Source of the DNA: an uncultured delta proteobacterium | GTDB taxonomy: Bacteria > Desulfobacterota > Desulfomonilia > Desulfomonilales > Desulfomonilaceae | Direction: 5' to 3' | Length of the DNA stretch: 64,000 bases | Assembly: GCA_963789265.1 (NCBI GenBank) | Contig: CAWBKB010000007.1 | Location: 224,001-288,000, forward strand | Shown: piece by piece, positions 18,498 to 30,737 of the stretch | How positions within the stretch are numbered: the stretch's first letter is position 1 | Layout of the letters: each line of letters opens with the position of its first letter | Position numbers and translations under genes: made by a program | The notes under the pieces: generated by a model | Seen by the model: only the letters and a program-made list of their open reading frames with translations | What the model was told of the DNA's origin: nothing | Database searches by the model: none

Positions 18498-19163
18498 TCA
18501 GCGCGTCTTGGAAGGTGGATCCAATATTTCGCACGGTTTGTCGGGCTCTTCTTCGGTCAGTCTCTGCTGGAGTTGAGTTATGGGGAACCTTTTGACGACG
18601 AGAAAAGGCTGGAGCATTTGCGATTGATCGTTCCAAATGTACTGCTCCAGTTCGATAAATTCGCCATCTTGCTCATAAAGAATGACCCACCATTCGTGTT
18701 CCTTCACGTCATAGCAAAGCTTTATCTTTTTCACTCCCTGGGCTGCTTTCGCCTTCTCAAAGGCAGCCTCTCTAACTTTCTGGTCTTCCCATGCTTGTTT
18801 TGCAGGTTGGTTTTGCGGTTTGGAAGATGTGGCCGACCTGTCGCGCCTTGCTTTCTCTCCTTGGCGTGAGGTCTTTCCATCAAAAGGATTGTCGCTTCCC
18901 GAGGACAATGGTTGTGCGGTTCCCTCGGCCTTGAGAAGACCGTTTCCGAAAGTCTTTGCCGCCTGTGAAGTTCCTTCAGGTTCTTCAGGGATCGTGGGAT
19001 GGATAAGCGACCCGCCGGGGGTGGTCTTCACCTGTTTGGAATTCTGCGAGTTCTGCGGAGGCAAACCCGGTTTTAGCACGGCCTCCTGTGAAGGGACTAT
19101 GCACCCCGAAACTAGCAGAGCTACAGTCCAAAGTGCGGCTGCCCCGACAGTCCGACGCCTCAT
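18498..19163 (-). CDS. Hypothetical lipoprotein
   Basis: MRRRTVG...LLVSGC lipobox, low-complexity linker, compact C-terminal domain. Confidence 0.65.
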   Translation of the reverse strand: MRRRTVGAAALWTVALLVSGCIVPSQEAVLKPGLPPQNSQNSKQVKTTPGGSLIHPTIPEEPEGTSQAAKTFGNGLLKAEGTAQPLSSGSDNPFDGKTSRQGEKARRDRSATSSKPQNQPAKQAWEDQKVREAAFEKAKAAQGVKKIKLCYDVKEHEWWVILYEQDGEFIELEQYIWNDQSQMLQPFLVVKRFPITQLQQRLTEEEPDKPCEILDPPSKTR

Positions 19164-19607
19164 AGATTTCCCGCTTACCTCGCTCGAATATGTTTCTGCC
19201 CGGTGGGTTTCCCAAAAGAAACGCATGTCGGCTTTCCGGCTCCTTTCCCCGGAGGGTTATACTTAATCCTATTTTCCTGGCAGTGGCTAGAAAAAAATGA
19301 CCGGGAAGGAACTTCGGCTGGGTGGGAGAATATCCCCGGCGCTCTCCGGAAGTGTTAAACCAAGCGTGTACTGTGATCCGGTATGATAGAGGCTGGGTTC
19401 AACCCAATTCGCGTTCAAAGTTGAAATGAAATCCCCTGTACCCGCCCTTTAATGAAGGGGAGAAGGGTATAGGCGTTAAAAATTGGCTCCAAGTGCTCTT
19501 CGTCCCGGAGGTCTATGCGGGGGAAGGGGGGATATTGAATGCGAATTGGTTTGAAACCCCGCCCCTATCTCGTTGACGGGCACGGTAAGAGGCAAGGTGA
19601 TACGCGC

Positions 19608-19865
19608 TCAAAATCCTTCTGCCTGAATGTAAATCCTTTGAGGGCCGGGATATTTGGCCGCAAGGGAAGGCAAAGGGCCGGAACCTTGTGGGAGCACCTT
19701 TGGAAGGGCCTTGGGAATCGGGCCGCGATCCAGGCCCAACTGATTTGCCGCAGCATCGAAGATGTACCTCAGGAGCCCGAGTGCATGTGACGGGGCTGGA
19801 GAGCTTAACGATAAAAAAGCTATAATGATTCCGATAAAGATCTTTGTCTTCATGACATTTTCCAC
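19608..19865 (-). CDS. Small secreted hypothetical protein
   Basis: Signal peptide MKTKIFIGIIIAFLSLSSPAPSHA. Confidence 0.55.
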   Translation of the reverse strand: MENVMKTKIFIGIIIAFLSLSSPAPSHALGLLRYIFDAAANQLGLDRGPIPKALPKVLPQGSGPLPSLAAKYPGPQRIYIQAEGF

Positions 19866-19929
19866 CTTTATTCTAACTAATTATATATAATTTATAATTT
19901 TATATGTCAAGAATAATCTGTGTGATCTT

Positions 19930-20062
19930 GTAACCATTCAATCTTGTGGGGCAGTCCCGCGAGGCGCGGGACAGCCTGCCGAGGAAACCCCTGTTCAATG
20001 GCGGGCTAGAAAGCCCACCCTACGAAGCCACCCGCAAATTCCGGCTGTAACTGAATGCATAC
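19930..20062. mobile_element. 133-bp MITE-like insertion with 8-bp direct repeat
   Basis: Ends gtaaccattca / tgaatgcatac, flanked by GTGATCTT at 19922-19929 and 20063-20070; internal REP-like palindromes. Confidence 0.6.
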
Positions 20063-20114
20063 GTGATCTTGTAACCATAAACTTACGCGGCCTCGCACGG
20101 TTTCAGACGACCCA

Positions 20115-20384
20115 TCAACGTTTGCCGTGTCTCCACGGTATCGGCCCGCATGGGGGGGGACAATACGGCGGTGGAGGTGGCCCGTAAGTCAGATAATGAG
20201 GAGGTATGCGACAGGGATACATCGGCGCTGTGCACAGGAAGTACCAAGCTCCCTGCTCTAGGAAACCCATCAAGGTGGGATCCAACGGCGGCTGAGAGGC
20301 TGCCGCGGGGCCACCGGCCTGCGTAGCCGTGCAGATTTGCAGGACACAGATGACTATAATCAAAACAACAACGAGAGCCTTCAT
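20115..20384 (-). CDS. Small secreted Pro/Cys-rich protein
   Basis: AAGGA RBS, signal peptide, GAWYFLCTAP core, poly-Pro tail. Confidence 0.55.
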   Translation of the reverse strand: MKALVVVLIIVICVLQICTATQAGGPAAASQPPLDPTLMGFLEQGAWYFLCTAPMYPCRIPPHYLTYGPPPPPYCPPPCGPIPWRHGKR

Positions 20385-20603
20385 TTCCTTACCCTATCGT
20401 GATTACACTGTGATATGAAGCAATTATAACATAATTGAAGCTTGTTTTCAAGTATATATATTCTTAATCATAGGATATCACGGTAACATTTGGTAATTTA
20501 TATCCATTTCATACGCAAGCTGCGCGGTCTCGGACAATTGTAGCCGAATAGCCCTGGATGATTTACAATCCGCAAATCAAGCATCCGATTAGTGAGGCCA
20601 AGC

Positions 20604-21508
20604 ATGGAATGGGCGTCGTTTGTGGTGAAGAACCTTGTTGGGCGTATGCTTAACCCCATTTGCGCGGCGCTTCTGCTCAGTTTCATCGGAACGATTATTT
20701 GGGTGCTGAGACCTGACCGACGTACGGGCTTGATCCTCGTGGTGAGCGGCGCGTTACTCCTGCTTGTCATGTCTCTGCCCATGACCGGTGGCCTGATGGT
20801 GCACTCACTCGAGCTGAAGGCGGGCATGTACGCCGACCCGGCGGAGCTGTCCCGCGCCGGCGTGAGGTGGATCGTGGTTCTAGGGGGGGACTTGCGGGGG
20901 GGAGATTTATCGCCGGCAGATCGTGTGGCCTGCACTTCGCTGGTAAGGGTGATGGAAGGGGTACGCCTGTGGAAAGAATTACCCAAAAGCAAGTTGGTGC
21001 TTTCGGGCGGAACAATCTCTTCTCGAAAAATGGCCACCGGTATGGGTATGGCACTCCTGGCGCAGGAAATTGGTGTGCCCAAAGATGCGATCGTGGTGGA
21101 GAGCCAATCCTGGGATACTGAAGACGAGGCACGACTTCTGAAGCCTGTTTCTGGGGAGAGACAAATTCGCGCTGGTCACGTCTGCCTGCCACATGAGGCG
21201 ATCGGTTTTGCATTTCAAGCGTATGGGTCTCGACCCGATCCCCGCGCCCGCAGATTTCCTAACGAAAGACTTCCAGCAAGGTTTCGGGGGCTTGATTCCC
21301 TCGCCGGACGCTCTGGCCATGTCTCAAGCGGCAATTCACGAAGTACCTCGGGACCCTGTGGCTCGAGATAAAACAACTCTTTTCAGTTCACGACAGGTCG
21401 TTGCCGGCCAACGCCGTCAGAAACGCGGGCTCCACTTCCCGGACAAAGGTCCAGGTGACCGTATTGTTCAGGGGGAGACCGGCAATTCCTGTAAGCCAGC
21501 GCCTGTAA
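20604..21508 (+). CDS. YdcF/ElyC (DUF218) envelope protein, frameshifts near 21150 and 21342
   Basis: IVVLGG, R..EG.RL, LVLSGG, E..S.DT.DEA, then LVTSA.HM.RS...P.PAP.DF and AIHE/YLG in successive frames. Confidence 0.85.
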
Positions 21509-21527
21509 GACCGAACCGGGGCGAGAT

Positions 21528-22076
21528 TCATTTCGAAGAAGGCACCGAGCACCTGGCTTTCAACATGGCCTTCAACGCGGTCAGTTTCTCGTTCGCCTCG
21601 GCCAACTCATGCTTTTCAGCGTCTGTGAGCCTCGAAAACAAGCTGTGCTGCCGTCTTTGCAGAGCATTGACTCGGCCCAACAATTGAACGAGCAACAGCC
21701 TGAGTTCCGCGGAATTTGCAGTCAAGTAATCTTCCGGTTCCGGGCCGCCTATGATCGCCTTACGAGCCTTCGAGGCTGGAGGTGGTTGACTATTACTACT
21801 GCCGACCTCTCCCGCGGGCGGCTGCGTGCGCCTCAGTATCCGCTCCTTCTGTTCCTCCGCGGTATAAGCCAGGAGGACCCGGAAAGGGGCGTAGCTCTTA
21901 CCTGCCTGCATGTTCGGTACGCGGCCATCGCCCGCACGAGCTTCCCGAAAAAATTCGACGGCTTCTTTTTTTGTCCCGCCTGAATTCGCAACTGCCGCGG
22001 GGAAATTTCCCATGCACCAGAGCAAGAGCGCTCCCATGATTAACAGGTTCCTGCAATGAATGCATCGATCTCTCAC
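21528..22076 (-). CDS. Hypothetical secreted coiled-coil protein
   Basis: 182-aa ORF with an N-terminal hydrophobic segment and a heptad-rich C-terminus; GGAGG upstream. Confidence 0.5.
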   Translation of the reverse strand: MRDRCIHCRNLLIMGALLLWCMGNFPAAVANSGGTKKEAVEFFREARAGDGRVPNMQAGKSYAPFRVLLAYTAEEQKERILRRTQPPAGEVGSSNSQPPPASKARKAIIGGPEPEDYLTANSAELRLLLVQLLGRVNALQRRQHSLFSRLTDAEKHELAEANEKLTALKAMLKARCSVPSSK

Positions 22077-22292
22077 AGGGGCCGCCTCCGTTCGGAACTT
22101 TCCTTAGTTATACTTAATAATATCACAGCCGGCCCTAAAACTTGAGGCTTTGAAGAGGGGCGCGGGATTCGTAGTAATCGGACTGGATGGACCCGATAAG
22201 ATGGCTGTAAAAGTTATCTATTTACATTTATCCTTCAATTATGCTATGATACGTCCAGTTTTCAATGGCATTCAGTATTTAAAGGCCATACA

Positions 22293-23381
22293 TTGCTTAA
22301 TTTATTTGTTAATTTTCGCTTGGCATGGATCGGTATCCTGGCTCTCATGCTCGCAGGGTGCATCGGACTCTTGCCCTCCCCTTTTAGGCCTTCACCCGGG
22401 CCGCAAAAGGCCCCACAAACCGAGGATCTTGCCGAAGCCTTTGACATCGTGTGCAGAAACTATCGACTCGGTCCGAGCGACCAGATTGGCGTACTCTTTC
22501 AAACTGAATGGAACATCCCAGCGGGGAGCTACAAGCTCGACACGCTCGATCAGATCGCCATCAAGTTCATCCTCGATCCCCAACTCAATGAAACCGTCAC
22601 CATTCGTCCGGATGGCATGATCACTCTTCAGGCTATCGGGGAGGTCCAGGCCGCAGGTCTGACTCCCGACCAACTTGCCAAAAATATCGAGAAAAAATTT
22701 CTGGAAGCCAAGATATTCAGTAAGCAGGAAACACGCGGGGAGCTTAGAAATTACCGGCTCGTCACGGTTCATGTCATTACCTTCTATGAAAAGGTCAAGA
22801 AGCTTACCGATTCCCTTACCACTCTTGTTGGCGGCAGCCAGACTGCAATCACGATCAAACCTGATGGTACCATAGACCTGCCGCTCATCCACGAACGGGT
22901 TATGTGCGCAGGGCACACTGTCAGAGAAGTTGAGGACACCGTTAACAGGCTTTACAGAGAAGGACCGTTACAGCATGTGGTAGCCTCGGTTTCGCTTGGC
23001 GCGGCCAAGTCCCGGAACTTTTACGTCATCGGCGAAGTGGGTACTCAGGGGGCTTTCCCCTACACTCAGCCGATTACGGCTCTGCACGCGCTCGCCATGG
23101 CTGGGGGGCCAAACACGACGACTGCTGACCTTACCAGTGTGATCCTCATATCAAAGAACATTTACGGCAAACCCATCGGCAGGCGTTTGGACCTGAAAAG
23201 AATCTTCGACATTGGAGATTTGAGTTGTAACATCATGATCAAACCCTATGATGTTCTCTATGTTCCAAGGACTTACATACAGGATCTCAACCTTTTCATC
23301 AGCCAGTACCCTCAATGCCATCAGCAGTATAAAGGGCTTTGCCGATACCCTGCGCGGCCCGTAACGCGTAATTGCTCCTGA
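22293..23381 (+). CDS. Polysaccharide export lipoprotein (Wza-like, Poly_export + SLBB), probable late frameshift near 23310
   Basis: LAGC lipobox, YRLGPSD, VTIRPDGMITL..IGEVQAAGLT, VIGEV...G, ALAMAGG, PYDVLYVP. Confidence 0.9.
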   Translation: MLNLFVNFRLAWIGILALMLAGCIGLLPSPFRPSPGPQKAPQTEDLAEAFDIVCRNYRLGPSDQIGVLFQTEWNIPAGSYKLDTLDQIAIKFILDPQLNETVTIRPDGMITLQAIGEVQAAGLTPDQLAKNIEKKFLEAKIFSKQETRGELRNYRLVTVHVITFYEKVKKLTDSLTTLVGGSQTAITIKPDGTIDLPLIHERVMCAGHTVREVEDTVNRLYREGPLQHVVASVSLGAAKSRNFYVIGEVGTQGAFPYTQPITALHALAMAGGPNTTTADLTSVILISKNIYGKPIGRRLDLKRIFDIGDLSCNIMIKPYDVLYVPRTYIQDLNLFISQYPQCHQQYKGLCRYPARPVTRNCS

Positions 23382-23577
23382 TTCATTCACTATTCCGGAG
23401 AACTGAAAAACCAGCATCGGCCTCGGCCTTAAGATTTGCACTGTCACGTTTGTCCCCCGGACCTCGTTCACTCTCTTGACCTCTTCACGCCGGATGGTGA
23501 CATCTCGGACAATTGCCGCCAATGCAGAAACTTGCACTTCCAAATGGGGTACTACGTGCAGCCGAGACCCTCCTGCG

Positions 23578-25516
23578 TCACTTGTCGTGCGGCAACTTCG
23601 ACCTGAAAATCAGGTCGAAAAGCACGCTTCGGTCACTCTTCCTGCCGTGTATTGCCAGATCTTCCTCCGGGTGATAAAGGGGCTCGCTGAGCTGAATGGA
23701 GATCGGCAACCGCACTGCTGCATTCGCGGGGAATATGGTAAATTTGTATGTCCTGCCTTTTGACTGGAAGATCGGGTCAAACAAGATATCCACGTGCAAT
23801 CGCTTATCTAAAGTGAAAGCCTGGATGCCGACCTCGCGGACCACCTCGCCTGATGCAGCGTCTTTCAGTGCAAACGTGTAATCCGTCGATTCCTTGCCGT
23901 GAGGAAGACCGGGATCGACAAAAGCCACCGATATCCCGGTCAGGCCGTTCATTGGGCACGCGAACGCCTGATAGAAATCGCCGGGGGCACTCAGCACAAT
24001 GTGAAATCTGGGGTCCCGGGCCAATCTGAGATCCTGCCACAATTTCCAAGTAGGTTGCTCTTTCCCATAGTATCTGTTTATGACGGTTGAGAGAGTCGTG
24101 GGAATGACAACCAACATAAATGCTACTATTACGAATGGGATGAGAGAAATAAAGCGCGATCTCAAGATAGGCCGGCGAATATGGAACAAGAGAAAAAAAG
24201 CCGGCCCCAGGGGAATGAGGTATCTGCCTTGGAGGCCATGGATGACCGTCGCGTGGGGGCGAGAGAATGAGATGTACTGCGTAGTCATAATAAAAACATA
24301 AACAAAAACGGCCACTAAACCCACTATTATCTTGCCCGGCACGCCAACTCCTGATTTCCCGGGGTCTTCCATAATTGCACTTGCAAAGATTAGGGAAAGG
24401 TACGCCACGATAATCGTACGGGGCAAAACCGTATCCACCCACCCCAATACTCCAACAAATTGCGCTACATAGCCCCTGTACAATCCGGTTGTGGTCTTGG
24501 CGACCAGCCACAAATATTGGAGTGGAGCCTCCCCAATTCCCACCAAGAGAGACCGTTCAACTGGTGCTTTAATGGCAGGCACGGAACCAAAGATTGGCGG
24601 CAACTGGTGAAGAGACACCATCGTCCACGAGCCCAGGGTGACCGCTGCCGGAATCGCTCCCATGGCAACGAGTCCAAGATACTTCGGGAGTGAACCCGCC
24701 TTACGGACCGGAATCAAAAGTAAAAAGGCAAGCATGGGCGCGTAAACTCCGGCTTTCGCAGGAGCCAACAATGCACCCACGATCGCCGGTAACAAAACCG
24801 ATCCAGCCGTGAACTCCTTTTCGGGTGACAATGCCAGATCAAGGACAGATGCTGTGAAGAGAAATGCCAGTCCATTTATGACGGCGTCCTGTGAGCAGGA
24901 AGCTGCTAAAGACATGTTAATGGGGGTGGCCGCTAGTAGGCAAAAGACCCATTTAAGTATTGGGGTCTTTTTTATGCTCCAGTAAAAAAGACACACGCAA
25001 AAAACCAGTGCGCTAAGTCTGGCAAGGTAAAGTAGCGCCAGCGGACCCAATCCGAGATTCCGCCCTACAATCACTCCAAAAGCCTGCGGAAAGTAAAAAT
25101 GTGGGCTGTAGAGACCCGAGTACGAGGCGATGTACCGATCTGTCATCCGGGTTCAAGGGGATCTGGAATGCGGATAAAATGGTAGCCGGTGTAATTTTCC
25201 GGTCCAGGTCTCCGGGAATAAGCCGACTTGTCGCCTGCCAAGCCAGTTTCAGGCTCTTGGGTAGCAACTCTGCTTCAAAATGGTTGCCCAGCATGATCCC
25301 TTCGGACACCTGGTACGCTCTAAAGAAATGATGCTCCTCATCCGGGGCCTGAAAGGGAGGCATTATCACCAGCACCGAGCAACCGAACACCAGCGCAAAA
25401 TATAGAAATACCGCCTCTGGTTTTAGCCTTCGCGTCACACGAGACAAATAGCTGCACTCCGAAGATAAGCTGACTAGAGTGTCAAGTTTCGGGAAAGGAT
25501 TCATCAGTTGACGCAC
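23578..25516 (-). CDS. DUF2142 family membrane protein (GT-C-like), frameshift near 25140
   Basis: PPFQAPDEEHHFFRAY in ORF 25013-25516; YSP..Y.PQA.G, GVLGWVDT and GLQGRYLIP in ORF 23578-25146. Confidence 0.85.
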
Positions 25517-25785
25517 GTTTCACTGGGAGAAGGAATTTGGGGCTTGATGTTATTATGATGCCATAAAGTTGGTTTGCCGGCAATTGGGAGATTCTGCCGG
25601 GAAATTCTCAACGGCTTCGGGAACCAAGAAGCCCCGGTTCGGGAAATATCTCCCGCACACGCGGGTTGCCTCGTCAACTGGAGTACTGGCATAATCCACC
25701 GGATCGGCGAAGCGCGGAGTCGACGCGACGAATCGCCGGTTCTGACACTTCTTACTAAAAGAATGGAAAATCCGGAGAACTTGTT

Positions 25786-27214
25786 GTGGATCATGCTATT
25801 GAAACAGTCCATGTGCGGACAGCAACACCTATTCGGATGGTTTTGCTTCTAGCCCTAGCGATCAGAATTGCCCTTCCTCTTCTCAGTTTTGCACTTACGC
25901 AAAATCCCAAGGTTTTTCACGCGAGCGACACCGAGCTTTACCTTAACCCAGCACTTTCCTTGTTCCAGACTGGCAGCTTCTTGACGTCGCCTGACAATCC
26001 CACCCCTGAAATAACTCGACCTCCGGGATATCCGGTTTTTCTCTTGCCGGCGATACTGGTCGGCAAGGTTGAACTCTTGACCATTTCAATCCAAATATTG
26101 CTAAGTTGTTTGACTGTGTATCTGGTTTACAGGATCGCGTTGCTGTTGTTCGTCAAGAATTCAGTAGCAGTGTTGTGCGCTTTGTTGTACGCGATTGAAC
26201 CTATGTCGGTGATATTCACCAGCCTACTAATGACCGAGACTTTATTCACGACCATATTAACAGCCTCGCTATTCTTCTTAACAAAGTACTTGGAGCGCGG
26301 TGCCTTAGCAGACCTACTGGTTGCCGGCCTTGCAATGGCCGTATCTGCCTTTGTCCGACCGGTTTCGACACTTTTGCCTCTATGGTCCGGCCTGCTGCTG
26401 CTTATTGCCGGCTGGATCAAAAAAACAAACAAAGTCAGGGCAGTAACCCATTTGTGTGTTTTCATGGCGGTTTCTATGACGCCGATCTTCATCTGGCAGG
26501 CCCGAAACAGAATTGAGACCGGATATCCAGGCTTCTCGGCCATATTTGATCTGGGCATGTACTGGTTACGTCCAAGCTGGAATTGAAGCAAAGCTGCTGG
26601 GAAAAACAACGGAGCACCAACAGATTGACATGGGGTTCAGTAGTAAAGAAAGGTATTTCCAACTGCATCCTGAACAGCGGTCATGGAACCAAGCGAAACT
26701 CCTCCGCTACTACAGGAGTGAAGCTATAAAGACTATTCTCAGGGAACCCGTCTGTTTTCTAACCCTGTACCTTAAGAGCCAGGTCAAATTCTTGTTGGCC
26801 CCGGGAGCAGGAGAATTGTTAGGATTGTTCGGGGCAACACGCTCGTTTCGATCTCCTGAATTTGCCTCGGACCCGGACGCGCTTATGGCCGGCAAAGGGA
26901 TTGTCGGCCGGCAACTGGTGTATGCGAAACACTGGCCCATCTTTTTTTGGACCGGCGCAGTTCTTGGATCATGGCTGTTTGCGTATCTGCTCTTGTCCAC
27001 GATTGCGATGTCTTCAAAGAAATTCTTCACGCTCCCGGGTGTGGTTGTTCTCGGCATTGCGGCCTATTTCATGCTCGTCCATTTTGATACCGGCAGCCCC
27101 TACAGATTCAGGCTTCCAATCATGCCCATAATATGCTTGTTTGCAGGATACGGGCTGTCTTTGGTCGTGGATCGCATCAAACGGCTGACAAATTCAGAGC
27201 AGACCACTCATTAA
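25786..27214 (+). CDS. ArnT/PMT-like membrane glycosyltransferase, frameshift near 26570
   Basis: D...Y...A, RPPGYP.FL, LMTETLF, VRP, W..RN, and C-terminal RFRLPIMP. Confidence 0.85.
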
Positions 27215-27335
27215 ATCTTGCAATGTCTACTACTCCACACGCTTTTGTGGTAATCCTCGCTGCTCGTTCAGCGAGATTACCTCATATTGTCTTACGCCGA
27301 TTCGCTTTCAAGCAAGTGAGAATGGGCCGACAGCA

Positions 27336-27416
27336 AACGGCACTGACCTGGCGCCATGATGGTGCTCAGGTCAGTGGCACCCAACATCCAGTCAAGATCG
27401 GGTCCTGGGTGCCATC
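27336..27416. repeat. REP-like element (GCACTGAC...GTCAGTGGCACCCA..TGGGTGCCA)
   Basis: Second copy at about 41413-41480. Confidence 0.65.
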
Positions 27417-27502
27417 CCGCGTCCCGCGGGAGGCTTTGTCAGCTCCGTGCTGTATTTCCTTGATTGTTCACCGTTTGATCGCGCACTGGTATTATACCGC
27501 CC

Positions 27503-28072
27503 GCTAGAGTAGTTTGTGTCCACTGAGAAGCTCGTCCAAAAAGAGGCAATTCGCATGGAAAAGTGCGTCAAGGACCTGGAAAGGTCGATGACGGTGGCGG
27601 GAATATGTATAGCTTGCTGAGCCCTGTTTGCACTTTACACGGCGCTCGACACCAGAGGTTTCTCCCGCTTCCCGGAACGGCCCGGCTTGATAAACTACGG
27701 GATGCTGGCCGAGGCCTTTGCGTCAGGGCAGGTTTATCTTAAACAGAAGGTTGACCGGCAGCGACTCAACTCGCGCCGCCCATTAGACCCCACGACGCCT
27801 TGGCCGTTCATGTTCGACGCCATAATCTGGAACGGCAGATATTACCTTCACCAGGAACCACTTCCAGGATTGATTCGTGCCGTGGTACTTTACACCACAG
27901 GTCTTGCACCGCCCACAGGGGCTGTTGTGGTAACGTTCACTTTCGGAGTATTGATCCTTCTTGGTGTGCTGCTTCGACTTATTCGGCGAATCTACTTTCC
28001 CGAATCACCAACTTGGATGGCTTGGTACATCTGGCTCTCATTCGGCCTTTCCGGCATTCAACTCTTTATTGC
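27503..28072 (+). pseudogene. 570-bp duplicate of 30686-31255: truncated 5' copy of the membrane GT gene with a nonsense codon
   Basis: Near-identical at offset 3183; TGG became TGA at 27618-27620; truncated by an ISL3 end at 28073. Confidence 0.9.
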
Positions 28073-28376
28073 GGCTCATCCGGTATTTGCGTAGTTGGTT
28101 CCAAGGATGGGCAACTTCTTTGATATTCCTAAGCATTTGATCCGCCGGGTCCCGTCAAGGAGGAACGCTGAAGGCGTAGTGTCCTCGACGGGTGACGGAC
28201 CAAAATCATAATGCTGTCGATTGGTTGGAAGGAAAAGGCGGAATTGCATCAGACTAGCTGGCATACTGCAAAGCCAATAACCGAGAGGACCTCCGGACCT
28301 GATCTTGAAACCCTTTTCTTCCAACCCCGTTCCCATACTTTCCAAAGTTCGCAAATACGCACTTGTCGGATGAGCC
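28073..28376 (+). mobile_element. Non-autonomous mini-ISL3
   Basis: Ends ggctcatccggtatttgcgta and tacgcacttgtcggatgagcc; the latter is the reverse complement of the ISL3 end at 30028. Confidence 0.8.
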
Positions 28377-28597
28377 CGTTTTCAGTAATATGAAACCGGT
28401 TTTGCCGTCCTCTTGTCTCTTCAAGGACCATTCGGGGTCTTTCTGGGTTCCAGGGAGACAATGGATCGACCCGATTCTCACTCAAGGGCCTAAGGAGGGC
28501 AAGAAACGCGGCATAATCCCGGATAACACCAGTGGTTGAGACGCAGCGGCGGGCAGAGAGGACTTTTGCTCTGAGCAAGTTGGAAAAAGGTTATGAG

Positions 28598-29938
28598 ATG
28601 CGGAAGCTAGTAACAAAAGCGATGAATGTCCTATTGGTTTTGGGCGCGGTATTTTCCATAGGCATGCTGTACTCGTTAATTAAGATGAGCGATCGATATC
28701 CCAGTGGGTGGCTAAATCTCTATTTGGCAATTGCAGCAGTTCTATTGTTAGCCTGTTTGGTGACTCTTGCATTACCTACCCGCGCAAAAGCGACCGTCGT
28801 GCTTTTAGGGGTGAGTGTAGCGGTAGGATGCTATTTGGCAGAGATAACTGTATTCATTTTATATTATTCCGATCTCGGAGCCGCGCTGAGAACAAGACTC
28901 CACTGGCAAAATCCTGCCCCAGAGGGAGTAGGAAAGCTCCGGGCGGTTGACGCTCTCCGAGCGTCGGGGCTAGAGGCGTACCCATCATTTCACCCTTGCC
29001 AGTGTCTAGGTTTCGGTGGTTTCGTCTACCAAGGGTCAACGCTGTTCCCACTTGCAGGGGTATCGAGAAAACCGACGGTTTTCTGCACAGGTAAGCACAC
29101 AGTTACTTATCAGAGCGATAGATACGGATTTAATAACCCAGATCGCGTGTGGGATCTGGAAAAGATCGACACCGTACTGATTGGGGATTCCTTCGCCCAG
29201 GGCTCATGTGTCGAAAGAGAAGAGAACGTTGCTGGACACCTTTCCCAAGAAGGATGCGACGATGTGATAAATTTGGGCCAGGCTGGATCAGGGCCCCTCC
29301 TCGAACTCGCTGTACTGATTGAATACGCTCAACATTTGAAGCCCCGGAATCTCGTGTGGTTCTATTTCGAAGGTGCTTATATGACCCGTTTGTTGCGAGA
29401 ACGTAAATCCCCGCTCCTCATGAGGTACCTTGAAGCTGATTTCAGCCAGAATCTTATCAAAAGGCAGGATGATATCGATCGCGTATTGATATCGTATATC
29501 GAAAAGGAAAAGGTCGGTGCCGAGATCTTTCCTGAACATCTGAAACAAGTTTTGACGTTGTTCCATCTGCGCAGAAGGTTTGTTTCGAGGCCTATCCCTA
29601 CCTATGGAGATGATTCGTATCAACTGCTGAAAGCAATCTTCACCAAAGGTAGAAAAAAGACGGATTCTTGGAACGGACGGCTGATTCTTGTCTACATCCC
29701 ATACTTCGAGAGGTACATTTCGAGAGATGTGGTAAAGGAAGCCGACAAGCAAAAGCAAAAGTGCCGTTCAATAGCTATCGACCTGGGGCTTGCATTTTGC
29801 GATGTGGACGAAGCACTGACTCGGCAGCGTCATCCTCTTGATTTCTTTGACAACAGAACCAGTATGCATTTCAATTCAAGGGGCTACAAATTGGTAGCCA
29901 ATTTGGTGAGGCAATGTGCAGGTCTTAATTGTAAATGA
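28598..29938 (+). CDS. Membrane-anchored SGNH/GDSL hydrolase (polysaccharide acetylation-type)
   Basis: Three N-terminal TMs, DRYGFNN, IGDSFAQG, NLG..G.GP, C-terminal HFN..GY. Confidence 0.85.
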   Translation: MRKLVTKAMNVLLVLGAVFSIGMLYSLIKMSDRYPSGWLNLYLAIAAVLLLACLVTLALPTRAKATVVLLGVSVAVGCYLAEITVFILYYSDLGAALRTRLHWQNPAPEGVGKLRAVDALRASGLEAYPSFHPCQCLGFGGFVYQGSTLFPLAGVSRKPTVFCTGKHTVTYQSDRYGFNNPDRVWDLEKIDTVLIGDSFAQGSCVEREENVAGHLSQEGCDDVINLGQAGSGPLLELAVLIEYAQHLKPRNLVWFYFEGAYMTRLLRERKSPLLMRYLEADFSQNLIKRQDDIDRVLISYIEKEKVGAEIFPEHLKQVLTLFHLRRRFVSRPIPTYGDDSYQLLKAIFTKGRKKTDSWNGRLILVYIPYFERYISRDVVKEADKQKQKCRSIAIDLGLAFCDVDEALTRQRHPLDFFDNRTSMHFNSRGYKLVANLVRQCAGLNCK

Positions 29939-30027
29939 TGGCAGATGCGGAGACTGGGAAAGCCGGACAGATACTGCTATGATACAAAACTCATCGGGCA
30001 ACGCAGAAGAAATGCAGTATCTTTTCT

Positions 30028-30685
30028 GGCTCATCCGACAAGTGCGTACGTGGTCAGATGTATGGCGTAAATCTTGAGTGTAAAGAATACTGGGTCCCGA
30101 AAGCCATAGGCCTGTCGCTGGAGAGTCTTGATCTTATTGTTCGTACCTTCCAGGGGGCCAGTGGAGATCCGGTGATCGTAGTAGGCCAGAATCCCGGGTC
30201 GGTATGAGGCCAAGGTTTTGGCAAACTTCTTGAGCATTCCGATACCCGAGGTGTCTGCTCGACGAATCCAGTCCTCCGGCACGGCCTCGGCGGTAGCCTT
30301 GTCAGGTTGGTTCTAGATCTGCCGAAGGTCCTCCTTGAGGTAGTAGGCGCATGCGAGCGGCTGATTCAGACGGAGGGCTTCCTCCAGGCGTTGGCGCTCA
30401 TTTCGCTTGTCATCGAGGTTCTCCGGGTTCTTCAGAAGAAGCCACCGGATGCCTTTCAACACCTCTTTGTGCAGCAGATCGGTGATTTCCCGGTACAACT
30501 CCCGGCGCAAGTCCGTGATTTTTTCGTTGAAAAGTTTGACGACATGAAAGTCATCGGAAACCAGCACGGCTCGGGGAAGGTTGGTCGTAACCGCTTGGAT
30601 GTATGCTCTCGACATGTCGATCGCCACCGCTTCTATCCTTTTTCTGGCACTCTTGAGTCGTTTCCAGAAGGGTTCCAGGGCATCA
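30028..30685 (-). mobile_element. ISL3-family transposase remnant (3' half, in-frame TAG at 30313)
   Basis: AVAIDMS.AY, D.FHVVK, RWLLLK..ENL, AYYLKE.LRQI*, STGPLEGTNNKIKTLQRQAYGFRD; terminal GGCTCATCCGAC. Confidence 0.9.
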
Positions 30686-30737
30686 GCTAGGGTAGTTTGT
30701 ATCCGCTGAGAGGCTCGTCCAAAAAGAGGCAATTCGC

